NCBI GenBank assembly: GCA_965662175.1
Contig: CBFIGT010000005.1
Location: 1-57,252 of the forward strand
Reading direction: 5' to 3'
Source of the DNA: Arcobacter sp.
GTDB lineage: Bacteria; Campylobacterota; Campylobacteria; Campylobacterales; Arcobacteraceae
Length of the DNA stretch: 57,252 nt
Shown here: one piece after another, positions 8,572-17,766 of the stretch
Position numbering within the stretch: position 1 is the first letter of the stretch
Layout of the letters: the number at the start of each line of letters is the position of its first letter
Program-made: the position numbers and the translations under genes
The notes under the pieces: generated by a model
What the model was told of the DNA's origin: nothing
Seen by the model: the letters and a program-made list of their open reading frames with translations, nothing else
The model's database searches: none

Positions 8572-10350
8572 CTATTTATGTAGTTTAAATACGTGAACAG
8601 TTCCACCCTGATTGATGTTTTTGATTTTTTTAGCAACTTCACCACCCCATAAAGGAACAGCTCCACCCCAACCTGATACGATTGCAATATATTGCTCACC
8701 ATTTGTTTCCCATGTAACAGGAGAAGCAACAATTCCAGAACCTACATTGAATTTATATAAAATCTCACCTGACTCATCATCAAATGCTAAGAATTTACCC
8801 TCAGGAGTTCCTGCAAATACAAGTCCGCCAGCTGTAGTTAAAACTCCACCCCATAGTGGTGATGGGTTTTTATAATTCCATTTAATCTCACCTGTTAATG
8901 GATTAATAGCTTTAAGTGAACCAATATGATCTTCAAAAATTGGTTTAATAGTAAATCCAGCACCTAAGTAAGCAGCACCTTTTTTATAAGAAACCGGTTG
9001 ATTCCAAATATCCATTCCCCACTCATTTGATGGAACATAAAACATCTCTGTTTTTTTAGAATAAGCCATTGGCATCCAGTTTTTACCACCTAAGAATGAA
9101 GGTACTGAAAATACTGACTTACCTTTACTAGCTCCATTTGGATTTCCAGGTCTTCCATCTTCTGTAAAGATTGGTTTACCATCTTTATCAATTCCTTTTG
9201 CCCAAGTAATATTTGAAACAAATGGATTTGCTGTAATAAATTTACCATTAGTTCTATCTAATACATAAAAGAAACCATTTCTATCTGCAGTTGCAGCTAG
9301 TTTTTTACCATCTTTGTTAAATGAAATTAACTCATTAACACCATCAAAATCCCAACCATCATGTGGAGTTGTTTGGAAATGCCAAACAATTTTTCCAGTG
9401 TTTGGATTGATTGCTAATCTTGAAGATGAGTATAAGTTATCTCCAGGTCTTAAGTGTGAATTCCAAGGTGCTGGATTTCCTGTTCCAAAGAATAATAAAT
9501 CAGTCTCAGGATCATAAGTTCCACCAAGCCAAGTAGCAGCTCCACCTGATTTCCATAAATCACCAGGCCAAGTAAGTCCTGCTTCTCCACCTGTTATTCC
9601 ATTTTCTTTACCATTTAAGTAACCCATATGTCCTTCAACAGTTGGTCTAGTCCATACAACTTCACCAGTTTTTGCATCTCTTGCTTCAACCTTACCAACA
9701 ATACCAAACTCACCACCTGCAACACCTGTGATAACCATATCTTTTACAATAATTGGAGCTGCTGTAATTGAGTAACCATCTTTATAGTTGTTTACTTTTT
9801 TCTTCCATACAACTTTTCCAGTTTCTCTATCAAGAGCAACTAATTTTGCATCTAATGTTCCAAAAATAACTAAATTATCATATATTGCTGCACCTCTGTT
9901 GATAACATCACAACATGGTAAAATAGCATCAGGAAGTTTTGCATCATATTGCCATAACTCTTCACCACTTGCAATATCAATAGCAAACATTCTAGAGTAA
10001 GATCCAGTTACATACATAACTCCATCTTTGATTATTGGTTGAGACTCTTGCCCTCTTTGTTTCTCACCACCAAAAGAGAAGTTCCATACAGGAACTAAAT
10101 TTTTAACTGTAGTTTTATTTACTTGAGTTAATGGTGAAAATCTTTGGCCTTGAAGCCCCATTCCATTTGTAAGTACATCTCCCGTACTTTGTTCATCATT
10201 TAAGATTTCTAAATTAGTAACAGGGGCATATGATGGTTTTGTAACCTCACTTATGCTATTATTCATCGTGTTGTTTGAAGTAACACACCCGCTAATTAGT
10301 GCAGATAGTGTGATGGCTGCTGCGCTAGTTAGTAGTTTTTTGTTAATCAT
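8572..10350 (-). CDS. pedH: PQQ-dependent alcohol (ethanol) dehydrogenase, lanthanide-type PedH/ExaF-like, predicted lipoprotein
   Basis: Vicinal disulfide [36 protein letters not shown] (D334-x-D336), C-terminal [15 protein letters not shown]; lipobox ISG-C22. Confidence 0.88.
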   Translation of the reverse strand: MINKKLLTSAAAITLSALISGCVTSNNTMNNSISEVTKPSYAPVTNLEILNDEQSTGDVLTNGMGLQGQRFSPLTQVNKTTVKNLVPVWNFSFGGEKQRGQESQPIIKDGVMYVTGSYSRMFAIDIASGEELWQYDAKLPDAILPCCDVINRGAAIYDNLVIFGTLDAKLVALDRETGKVVWKKKVNNYKDGYSITAAPIIVKDMVITGVAGGEFGIVGKVEARDAKTGEVVWTRPTVEGHMGYLNGKENGITGGEAGLTWPGDLWKSGGAATWLGGTYDPETDLLFFGTGNPAPWNSHLRPGDNLYSSSRLAINPNTGKIVWHFQTTPHDGWDFDGVNELISFNKDGKKLAATADRNGFFYVLDRTNGKFITANPFVSNITWAKGIDKDGKPIFTEDGRPGNPNGASKGKSVFSVPSFLGGKNWMPMAYSKKTEMFYVPSNEWGMDIWNQPVSYKKGAAYLGAGFTIKPIFEDHIGSLKAINPLTGEIKWNYKNPSPLWGGVLTTAGGLVFAGTPEGKFLAFDDESGEILYKFNVGSGIVASPVTWETNGEQYIAIVSGWGGAVPLWGGEVAKKIKNINQGGTVHVFKLHK

Positions 10351-10399
10351 TTTTTCTCCTTATTGTTTTAATAACAAACTGAAAATTTGTCTGATTGGA

Positions 10400-10431
10400 A
10401 GTATACTTGAGTTGTATAGCTTGAGTTTAGC
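10400..10431 (-). promoter_or_regulatory. Regulon box plus -10 for the pedH-pqqABCDE operon
   Basis: Minus strand GCTAAA-ctcaa-GCTATA-caactcaag-TATACT. Confidence 0.8.
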
Positions 10432-11209
10432 TATGATTTACTTTTTTACTCTTGAAGCCTACAAAGGCCATAATTAAGGCAATAACTAAAGAAAAACCTA
10501 AAATCAAAAACACCTCAAAATCAAATTTTAGATATAAAGAGAAGCGAATTGACTCTACTATATAAGTAAATGGATTGTATGTTGAGATATTAAAAAGTAA
10601 TATTGATGAGTCTTTTATCTTCCAAAGTGGATAAAGAGCTGAACTTAAAAAAAACATAGGGAAAATAACAAAATTCATAACCGTAGCAAAATTTTCCAAC
10701 TGCTTTATAACAGATGAAATAAAAAGTGCAAAAGCATTTAGTATAATTGATGAAACAATAATCACAGGAATAGTTACTAATATAGCAAAATATGAAATCT
10801 CAACCCCATAAAGTTTAGCAATAATCAAAAAAGTAATAGCTTGAATAGTAGAAACAATTGCTGTTGCAAACATCTTACAAAATAGTAAATAGTTTCTATT
10901 TATATAAGAGGTTAATAAAATCTTCATACTTCCCATTTCTCTATCAAATATCATAGTTAGACTACTTTGCATACCATTAAAAAGCAAAACCATCCCCACA
11001 AGTCCAGGCACTATATATGTTTCATAGGTAATATATGTCTCATAGGGTGGAATAATTGCAAGTCCTAAAGCTGTTTTAAATCCAACAGAAAATATAAAAA
11101 GCCAAAGTAGCGGCCTTACAAGAGCTGAAAAAAATCTACTCTTTTGTTTTATAAATCTTATTAACTCTTTATAAACAATTCCCTGCATACAGTATAAATA
11201 TTTTTTCAT
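10427..11209 (-). CDS. ABC-2 permease, PQQ alcohol dehydrogenase system (PedC-like)
   Basis: SALVRPLLWLFIF, PPYETYITYETYIVPGL, DREMGSM, LSSALYPLWK; cluster context. Confidence 0.88.
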   Translation of the reverse strand: MKKYLYCMQGIVYKELIRFIKQKSRFFSALVRPLLWLFIFSVGFKTALGLAIIPPYETYITYETYIVPGLVGMVLLFNGMQSSLTMIFDREMGSMKILLTSYINRNYLLFCKMFATAIVSTIQAITFLIIAKLYGVEISYFAILVTIPVIIVSSIILNAFALFISSVIKQLENFATVMNFVIFPMFFLSSALYPLWKIKDSSILLFNISTYNPFTYIVESIRFSLYLKFDFEVFLILGFSLVIALIMAFVGFKSKKVNHS

Positions 11210-11212
11210 AAC

Positions 11213-11935
11213 TTAGCCTACTAGATAGTTAAAAGTATCTATCAAACTCTTTTTTTCATATTTTGATAAAAGTTCTTGAACTATCCCACTATCTACTATT
11301 TTCCCTGATTTTATAATAGAAATATCATCAGCTAACTCTACCTCATCAAATAAATGTGTTATCCAAAGAACAGAAATACCATCCTCTTTTACAAGATTTC
11401 TAACATAAGCTAAAATATCAAATCTAGCTTTTACATCAAGTCCAACGGTTGCTTCATCCAAAAGTAAAAGTTTTGGTCTATTTATAAGTGCTCTTAAAAT
11501 CTCTACTCTTCTTCTATGCCCACCATTTAATTTTCGCACTTGGGTATCTAAAATATTTTCTAATTCTAATTTTTTAATTTGAGAGTCAATACTCTCTAAA
11601 GTCTCTTTAAAACTTAAACCCTTTAATGAACCATAATAATACAAGTTTTGTTTAACAGTTAAATCCAAATCTAAAGTTGGCTCTTGAAATACAATCCCAA
11701 TATCTTTTAAGGCTTTTGAATAGTTTTTTATTGAGTAGCCATTTATATCTATCTCACCTTTTTGAAGATTTTGCAATCTTGTAATAAGTGAAAAAATCGT
11801 AGATTTACCTGCACCATTTAATCCTAAAAGCACAAAAAAACTAGCCTCTTTTATGGAAAAAGAGACATTATTTAAAGCTACTTTTTTACCATAAGCAAAC
11901 TCTACATCTTTGAAGTTTAATATATTTTCTTTCAT
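11213..11935 (-). CDS. ABC ATP-binding subunit, PQQ alcohol dehydrogenase system (PedB-like)
   Basis: Walker A GLNGAGKS, VFQEPTLDLDL, signature LNGGHRRRVEI, LLLDE; start moved to MKENIL (11935), just after the upstream stop. Confidence 0.88.
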   Translation of the reverse strand: MKENILNFKDVEFAYGKKVALNNVSFSIKEASFFVLLGLNGAGKSTIFSLITRLQNLQKGEIDINGYSIKNYSKALKDIGIVFQEPTLDLDLTVKQNLYYYGSLKGLSFKETLESIDSQIKKLELENILDTQVRKLNGGHRRRVEILRALINRPKLLLLDEATVGLDVKARFDILAYVRNLVKEDGISVLWITHLFDEVELADDISIIKSGKIVDSGIVQELLSKYEKKSLIDTFNYLVG

Positions 11936-11939
11936 ATTA

Positions 11940-12896
11940 TTACTTTGGAATAACAGCAAGTCCCCAAGGGTATCTTCCAACTTGAATACTCTTTTCAACT
12001 TTTAAACTCTCAACATCTATAACAGAAACGTCACTACTTACACCATTTGTTGTATAGAGTTTTTTCTCATTTTGTGCAAACTCCAACTGCCATACTCTTT
12101 TACCAACTAATAAATATTTAATCACTTTATATGTTTTTGCATCAATAACCGCCACATGATTTGCAGGCCCCAAAGCTACAAATGCATATTTACCATCTGA
12201 TGTGAGTTTTATACCAACAGGTTGAATCAAATCTTTGAAAATTCCTGGTATTTTAAATGTGATTTTAGCAATGCTCTCTTTTGATTTAGAGTCAACAACC
12301 ATAACAGTCCCACCAATCTCACTTGAAGCCCACACCTTATCACCTGTTTTACTAAACTCAATATGTCGTGGGCGTTGGTCAACTAAAGTATTGTGGATAA
12401 TCTTTTTTGTTTTGGTATCAATCCAGTGTAAAAAGTTTGAGGTTTCAGTTGTATTTATAGCAACTGTTCCATCAGGACTTACAGCCATTCCCTCAGGCTC
12501 AACACCAACTTCAATCTGTTTTATTACTGTTCTGTTTACTGTATCAACAACTGTTACAATTGCATCATCTTCATTTGAAATATAAAGCTCTTTTCCATCA
12601 GGAGTCAAAGCAAACTGTTCAGGGTCTTCACCTGAGGGTAAATTATAAATAATCTTTTTTGATTTTAAATCAAGTACTTGAACAGTATCATCATCACTTG
12701 CACAAATATAAAGCTGAGTGTTGTCTTTGTTTAATAATATCCCCCGTGGACGCTGCCCCACTTCAATAGTGTCAATTACTTTGTTTGTATATGAATCAAT
12801 TACTGATAATGTGTTATCTTTTTCATTTGATACATAAATTGTATCTGCAAAAAGAAAACTACTTAGTGCTAAACTTGTCATTAATATTTTTTTCAT
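11940..12896 (-). CDS. Periplasmic YVTN beta-propeller, PQQ-catabolism-associated (PedA2-like)
   Basis: Signal peptide; IYVSNEKDNT, VGQRPRGI, SGEDPEQF, VGVEPEGM, VGRYPWG repeats. Confidence 0.88.
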   Translation of the reverse strand: MKKILMTSLALSSFLFADTIYVSNEKDNTLSVIDSYTNKVIDTIEVGQRPRGILLNKDNTQLYICASDDDTVQVLDLKSKKIIYNLPSGEDPEQFALTPDGKELYISNEDDAIVTVVDTVNRTVIKQIEVGVEPEGMAVSPDGTVAINTTETSNFLHWIDTKTKKIIHNTLVDQRPRHIEFSKTGDKVWASSEIGGTVMVVDSKSKESIAKITFKIPGIFKDLIQPVGIKLTSDGKYAFVALGPANHVAVIDAKTYKVIKYLLVGKRVWQLEFAQNEKKLYTTNGVSSDVSVIDVESLKVEKSIQVGRYPWGLAVIPK

Positions 12897-12924
12897 TTTG
12901 TTTCCTTTTATTTTATAGTTTCTT

Positions 12925-12956
12925 ATTGTAGAGAATATTTATAGCTTGAGTTTAGC
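12925..12956 (-). promoter_or_regulatory. Regulon box plus -10 for the beta-propeller/ABC operon
   Basis: Minus strand GCTAAA-ctcaa-GCTATA-aatattctc-TACAAT. Confidence 0.8.
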
Positions 12957-12998
12957 AGGTGGTTTTTATTTTATTATATATAATTTCCACAAATAATA

Positions 12999-13027
12999 TT
13001 GACATTGTAAATACATTATGATAGACT
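12999..13027 (+). promoter_or_regulatory. Sigma70 promoter of brnT-brnA (probably leaderless) with palindromic operator candidate
   Basis: TTGACA (12999-13004), 17-bp spacer containing TGTA-aa-TACA, TGaTAGACT; ATG 7 nt after the -10 with no RBS. Confidence 0.65.
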
Positions 13028-13033
13028 ATTTTT

Positions 13034-13318
13034 ATGAAATATGAATGGGATGAAGAAAAAAATAGACTAAATCTACAAAAGCACGGCATATCATTTGAAG
13101 AAGCAAAAGAGGTTTTTAATGATGCTCTTCACATATCAAAACTAGATAAAAGATTTAGTTATTTTGAAGAAAGATGGATAAGCATTGGTTCAACTTCAAA
13201 ATATAAAGTTTTAGTTGTTGCCAATTTATTCTTTACAGATGAAGGTGAAGAAATTATTAGAATAATAAGTGCTAGAAGAGCTAACAAAAAAGAAAGGCAA
13301 AGTTATGAAAAGTGTTGA
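13034..13318 (+). CDS. brnT: BrnT-family ribonuclease toxin
   Basis: YEWDEEKNRLNLQKHGISFEEA...EERW..IG...IRIISARRA. Confidence 0.92.
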   Translation: MKYEWDEEKNRLNLQKHGISFEEAKEVFNDALHISKLDKRFSYFEERWISIGSTSKYKVLVVANLFFTDEGEEIIRIISARRANKKERQSYEKC

Positions 13319-13553
13319 AGAAAGAGCAAAATTTGATAATTTTGAATTGGAAGATAATTATGATTTTACAGATGGTATTAGAGGAAGATTTTATAAACCT
13401 AAAAAAGTACCTACCTCTATGAGATTGGATGATGATATTTTACTTTTTTTAAAAAAAGAAGCAAGTGAAAAAAAAATACCATATCAAACACTAATTAATA
13501 ATTTACTTAGAGAGCATATGCAAGTACATGGAATAAAAAAACAAATCAACTAA
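13305..13553 (+). CDS. brnA: BrnA-family antitoxin (ribbon-helix-helix)
   Basis: YDFTDGIRGRFY...SMRLDDDILLFLK...YQTLINNLLR; overlaps the toxin 3' end; start set to ATG 13305. Confidence 0.87.
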   Translation: MKSVEERAKFDNFELEDNYDFTDGIRGRFYKPKKVPTSMRLDDDILLFLKKEASEKKIPYQTLINNLLREHMQVHGIKKQIN

Positions 13554-13561
13554 TCATCCTC

Positions 13562-13593
13562 GCTAAACTTAAGCTATAAACCTTTTATATACT
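13562..13593 (+). promoter_or_regulatory. Regulon box plus -10 for the ABC substrate-binding gene
   Basis: GCTAAA-cttaa-GCTATA-aacctttta-TATACT. Confidence 0.8.
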
Positions 13594-13618
13594 TATTAAA
13601 AGTATATAAAGGCGAAAA

Positions 13619-14767
13619 ATGAGATTGATATTATTGACTATTGTTTTCTTAAGTTTTATAAAAGCTGATATTTTAGATGTAAATATTTTATATCTAGAAC
13701 AAAAAATAAAAAAACCACCTGTTTTATCAAATGTAATCGAAGAACCTAGTGATTTAGGTATAAAAGGTGCGCAAGTTGCCATAATAGATAGCAATAAAAG
13801 TGCTAAATTTTTAAATCAAAAATATACTTTAGAAACATCTATATCTTATAATAAAAAAGAGTTAGAAAAAAGTTTTGAAGAGTTTATAAATAAAAACAAT
13901 AGTTTTGTGATTTTAAATGTGGAAGATGATTTTTTAAAAGAGTTACTAAATCATCCCTTATCAAAAAAAGCCCTATTTTTAAATGCAAGTAGCCAAAATA
14001 GTGATTTACGAAAAAACTATTGCCAAAAAAATCTACTACATACAACTCCTAGCAATGCCATGCTTTATGATGGTTTAGCTCAATTTTTAGTAAAAAGAAA
14101 TTTTAAAGATATATTTTTATTAAGTGGAAAAAATCAAAAAGATATAGAAATAACAACAGATATAAAAAGAGCTGCAAAAAAGTTTGGGCTAAAAATAGTC
14201 AAAGAAAAAACTTGGGAAAATAGTAGCGATATTAGAAGAAAAGCTAGTGCTGAGTTTCCCTCTTTTACTCAAGCTGATGATTATGATGTGATGATGGTTT
14301 CTGATTATTATGGAGATTTTGGAGAGTTTTTGTATTTTAATACCTGGCTTCCAAGACCAATAGCTGGAACACAAGGATTAAAGCCACTTTTATGGCATAA
14401 AGTAATAGAAGCTTGGGGTGCTGCTCAAATGCAAAATAGATTTGAAGCTTACTCAAATAGATGGATGGAATCACGTGACTTTTCAAACTGGATAGCAATT
14501 AGAACTATTATAAATTCACTAATGCACACAAAATCAAAAGATTTAAAAACAAATATTGATTATATTCACTCAAAAGAGTTTGAGCTAGGTGCATATTTGG
14601 GAAGAAAACTTTCATATAGGGATTATAATGGACAAATAAGATTACCTATCTCACTTGTTCAACCAAGAGCTTTAATCTCAAGCTCTCCTCAAGTTGGTTT
14701 TTTGCATCCGCTTACTGATTTAGATACTTTAGGAATTGCACCTTTTGAGATGGAGTGTAAAAAATGA
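13619..14767 (+). CDS. ABC substrate-binding protein, PQQ alcohol dehydrogenase system (PedA1-like)
   Basis: Signal peptide; LLHTTPSNAMLYDGLAQFL, WLPRPIAGTQGL, WGAAQMQNRF, SPQVGFLHP..DLDTLG. Confidence 0.85.
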   Translation: MRLILLTIVFLSFIKADILDVNILYLEQKIKKPPVLSNVIEEPSDLGIKGAQVAIIDSNKSAKFLNQKYTLETSISYNKKELEKSFEEFINKNNSFVILNVEDDFLKELLNHPLSKKALFLNASSQNSDLRKNYCQKNLLHTTPSNAMLYDGLAQFLVKRNFKDIFLLSGKNQKDIEITTDIKRAAKKFGLKIVKEKTWENSSDIRRKASAEFPSFTQADDYDVMMVSDYYGDFGEFLYFNTWLPRPIAGTQGLKPLLWHKVIEAWGAAQMQNRFEAYSNRWMESRDFSNWIAIRTIINSLMHTKSKDLKTNIDYIHSKEFELGAYLGRKLSYRDYNGQIRLPISLVQPRALISSSPQVGFLHPLTDLDTLGIAPFEMECKK

Positions 14768-15219
14768 TAAAACCTATATTTGCTTTTTTACTTTTTTGCT
14801 TAACTCTTAATGCTTATGAAATAGAAGATAAAACAGACTATTTTAAAGTAAAAATAAAAGAGAGAAGTTTTGAAAACTTATATTTAAATTTAAAAGATGA
14901 AATAGCATACAACTCTTATATACTTGTTTATGAATTAAATCTTGGAAAATCTACAGCAAGTGTAGCTAAGGCTTTAGATAAAAAAGCAGTAGTGAAAAAT
15001 GGAATAAACTTATTACTTTGTAAAAATAGCTTCACTTTAAAAATGCACGAAGAGAATATTGATAATATGACCTTTTGCCCTATGATTATCTCTATATATC
15101 AAGATGAAACCTCAAAATATATCTCTTTTAAAAAATATCACCCTTTAAAAAAGGGTGATAAAATAGCTAGCGAAATAAATAAAAGATTAAAAGAGCTAAT
15201 TTTAAATAGCTTAAAATAG
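14764..15219 (+). CDS. Exported DUF302-like protein
   Basis: Signal peptide; LLLCK...FCPMIISIY pattern and size resemble DUF302. Confidence 0.6.
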   Translation: MIKPIFAFLLFCLTLNAYEIEDKTDYFKVKIKERSFENLYLNLKDEIAYNSYILVYELNLGKSTASVAKALDKKAVVKNGINLLLCKNSFTLKMHEENIDNMTFCPMIISIYQDETSKYISFKKYHPLKKGDKIASEINKRLKELILNSLK

Positions 15220-15220
15220 A

Positions 15221-17281
15221 TTATTTTATTGGAAGTTCTATATAAAATATAGCTCCTGTTTCACTATTTTTTGCAGAGAGTTTTCCACCTAAACTTTCTG
15301 TTACTATTCTATAACTCATATTAAGTCCTAAACCTGTTCCCTCACTATCTTTTTTTGTAGTAAAATATGCTTCAAAGATTTTGGGTAAAATCTCTTCAGG
15401 AATTCCCCCTGCATTATCCTCAAAACTAATAATATAAGAATTTTCTTTTTTGATTAAATTGACACTTATAGTAGGATTTTCTATTTTATTTTCAATAAAA
15501 GCATCTTTTGCATTATTTATAATATTTATCATTACCTCTTCAAGTTCTCCTGAAACTAAATGTAAGCTAGCTGTTTTATCAGCTATATTATTTATAAGTT
15601 TAATATTATTATTGTATAAAGTTGTATTTATAAGATTTATTACTCTATTTAAACACTCTAAAATATTTACATTTTTTAACTCTTTTTTATCTTTTAAAAA
15701 GTTTCTAAAAGTCTCAATTGTATCTGACAAATAGTTAGCACTTTTTGTGATTTGTTCCATACTATCTTTAATTTCACTTTGCTGTAAAATATTCATCTCT
15801 TGTTTTAAAGAGATAGTAGTAGAAATAGTAGTAATTACAGATAATGGCTGTTTCCATTGATGAGCTATATTTCCAATCATCTCTCCCATAGCTGCCAATT
15901 TTGATTGATTTAACATTCTTTGTTTTTGTTCTTCAAACTCTTTTTTACTAGTAATATCATTTCTTTTAGAGATATATCCTGTTATTTTTTTATTTTTATT
16001 CCAAATAGGTTCAATAATGGCATCAACCCAATAATATGTACCATCTTTTTTTAGATTTTTAACTTCACCTTTCCAAGTTTTTCCACTTTGAATAGTTTCC
16101 CACATCTCTTTAAAAACACTACTATTTGTATCAGGGTGTCTTATTATACTATGTGGTTTTCCGATTAATTCCTCTTTTGTATAACCTGAAATATCACAAA
16201 ATGCTTTACTTACATAAGTTATATTTCCCTTTAAATCAGATTTTGAGAAAATTACATTATCATCATAAGTATTAAATAGTAAATTCAACTTTTTTTGTTG
16301 TTTAATTATTTTTGCTGTTTTTAGGGAAACCTCTTTATTTAAATATTTTGCATAGTTTCTATAAAAAAGATATAAAATTAATAAAATAAAAATAATTAGA
16401 AAAATAATCACTTTTATTAAATAATCAGCTTTGAAATCATACACAATAGATTTATCAAGCTTTTTTTCATCATAAAAAAATATAACAAATCCCATTTCTC
16501 CACCATGAATATCTTTTATTTGAGTTGTAAAAACTAAATAGTTCTCAAATAAAATTGGCTCATCCAAATACATTAATTTTTTTAATCCAAAAATTTCAGC
16601 TTTTTTCATAAGCTCTTTAGAAGCATTTAAATTAGCCACATAATTTTTACCAATAAAAAGTCCTGTAAATGGCTTAATAAATCTATTGGTATACTCTTCA
16701 TCTAAAACCATCAAAGGTTTTACTCCTACCTCTTCTAAAGCTGTTGCTATGGAGTTAAATTTAGAAATAACCTCAATTATTCCTATAAATTTATTTTCAT
16801 GAAAAAGTGGAATCATAGTCTTAAAAGTCATATCAAATCGACCGGTACTAATTCCTCTAATAGGTCTTGGATTTTTAATCATATCTACAATATCTATTCT
16901 TGCTTTAGCTGCATTATCCCCTACTTTATTAGTCCAACTTCTATAAAAGCTATACCCATCTTTATCAATAATTTGAATCCATAAATTCTTATTTTCATCA
17001 AAATTTTGAATATCTTTTATGATTTGTGTATAGTCGATTAATCTGTTATCATTTTTTAATAATGCTCTAGTTAATTTTTCATCTTTACTCAAAAGATATG
17101 TTAATGCAAAAGTTTTACCAAATTTTTTTTCAACTTCATTTTCAAAAAATGTAATAAGTTCATTTGATTTTGATTTATATAATTTGTTAGTTAAATTATC
17201 AATTTGCTTAGGATAATATAATCTATGAAAAATAAAAAGAGTAACAAAAACTACAATAATAAAATAAAATAATTTCTTCAT
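15221..17281 (-). CDS. Membrane sensor histidine kinase (periplasmic Cache-like domain, PAS)
   Basis: Two TM segments, PAS (SKSDLKGNITYVS...HSIIRHPD...WKGEVKN), H-box IAHQWKQPL, NNAKDA, GTGLGL. Confidence 0.9.
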   Translation of the reverse strand: MKKLFYFIIVVFVTLFIFHRLYYPKQIDNLTNKLYKSKSNELITFFENEVEKKFGKTFALTYLLSKDEKLTRALLKNDNRLIDYTQIIKDIQNFDENKNLWIQIIDKDGYSFYRSWTNKVGDNAAKARIDIVDMIKNPRPIRGISTGRFDMTFKTMIPLFHENKFIGIIEVISKFNSIATALEEVGVKPLMVLDEEYTNRFIKPFTGLFIGKNYVANLNASKELMKKAEIFGLKKLMYLDEPILFENYLVFTTQIKDIHGGEMGFVIFFYDEKKLDKSIVYDFKADYLIKVIIFLIIFILLILYLFYRNYAKYLNKEVSLKTAKIIKQQKKLNLLFNTYDDNVIFSKSDLKGNITYVSKAFCDISGYTKEELIGKPHSIIRHPDTNSSVFKEMWETIQSGKTWKGEVKNLKKDGTYYWVDAIIEPIWNKNKKITGYISKRNDITSKKEFEEQKQRMLNQSKLAAMGEMIGNIAHQWKQPLSVITTISTTISLKQEMNILQQSEIKDSMEQITKSANYLSDTIETFRNFLKDKKELKNVNILECLNRVINLINTTLYNNNIKLINNIADKTASLHLVSGELEEVMINIINNAKDAFIENKIENPTISVNLIKKENSYIISFEDNAGGIPEEILPKIFEAYFTTKKDSEGTGLGLNMSYRIVTESLGGKLSAKNSETGAIFYIELPIK

Positions 17282-17367
17282 ATTACAAAACCCTAAGTTT
17301 ATAATTTTTCTTTTTATTAATTGTACTATTTTATTACAAAATTGATTCTTTACCTTTATAGATTAAA

Positions 17368-17766
17368 TTAATATTTTCCAAACTCCTTATAACTATTATT
17401 TGAAAAAATAATATAAACAGTTTTTATCTCTTTATTATTCTCATAAGCAGGTAGTGATAAACCTATTGAGTCTTTTGGAATATTTTTAAAATAATCTTTT
17501 ATAGCTTTTAAAGGTACATTACCCTCAAATACATAATCATCTATTATGGATGTGTTACAAGATTGTAGCTCTTTTGGTACTCCTATTTCTCTTTTTAGAT
17601 TTTTTACACTCATTAAAGATACTATCTTTACATCACCAATCTCATTTTCCATATCATCAAGCCACTCTTTTGGACACTCACTTGTTACTGGTTTAAAGAT
17701 TTGCATTTTTTGATTTTGGGCAAAAAGAGCAAAAGTAAAAACTAAAATCAACATCAATTTTTTCAT
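17368..17766 (-). CDS. Exported DUF411/CopG-like protein with divergent metal ligands
   Basis: Signal peptide; KREIGVPKELQSCNTSIIDDYVFEGNVP...IGLSLP resembles the DUF411 pattern GVP..L.SCHT...Y..EGHVP...GLAVP. Confidence 0.65.
   Translation of the reverse strand: MKKLMLILVFTFALFAQNQKMQIFKPVTSECPKEWLDDMENEIGDVKIVSLMSVKNLKREIGVPKELQSCNTSIIDDYVFEGNVPLKAIKDYFKNIPKDSIGLSLPAYENNKEIKTVYIIFSNNSYKEFGKY

Noticed and set aside
8572..10350. Methanol dehydrogenase (XoxF/MxaF) and methylotrophy
   Set aside because: Sequence features, a PedF-type c550 and the aldehyde dehydrogenase match the ethanol-type clade; no mxaI or C1-assimilation genes in the window.
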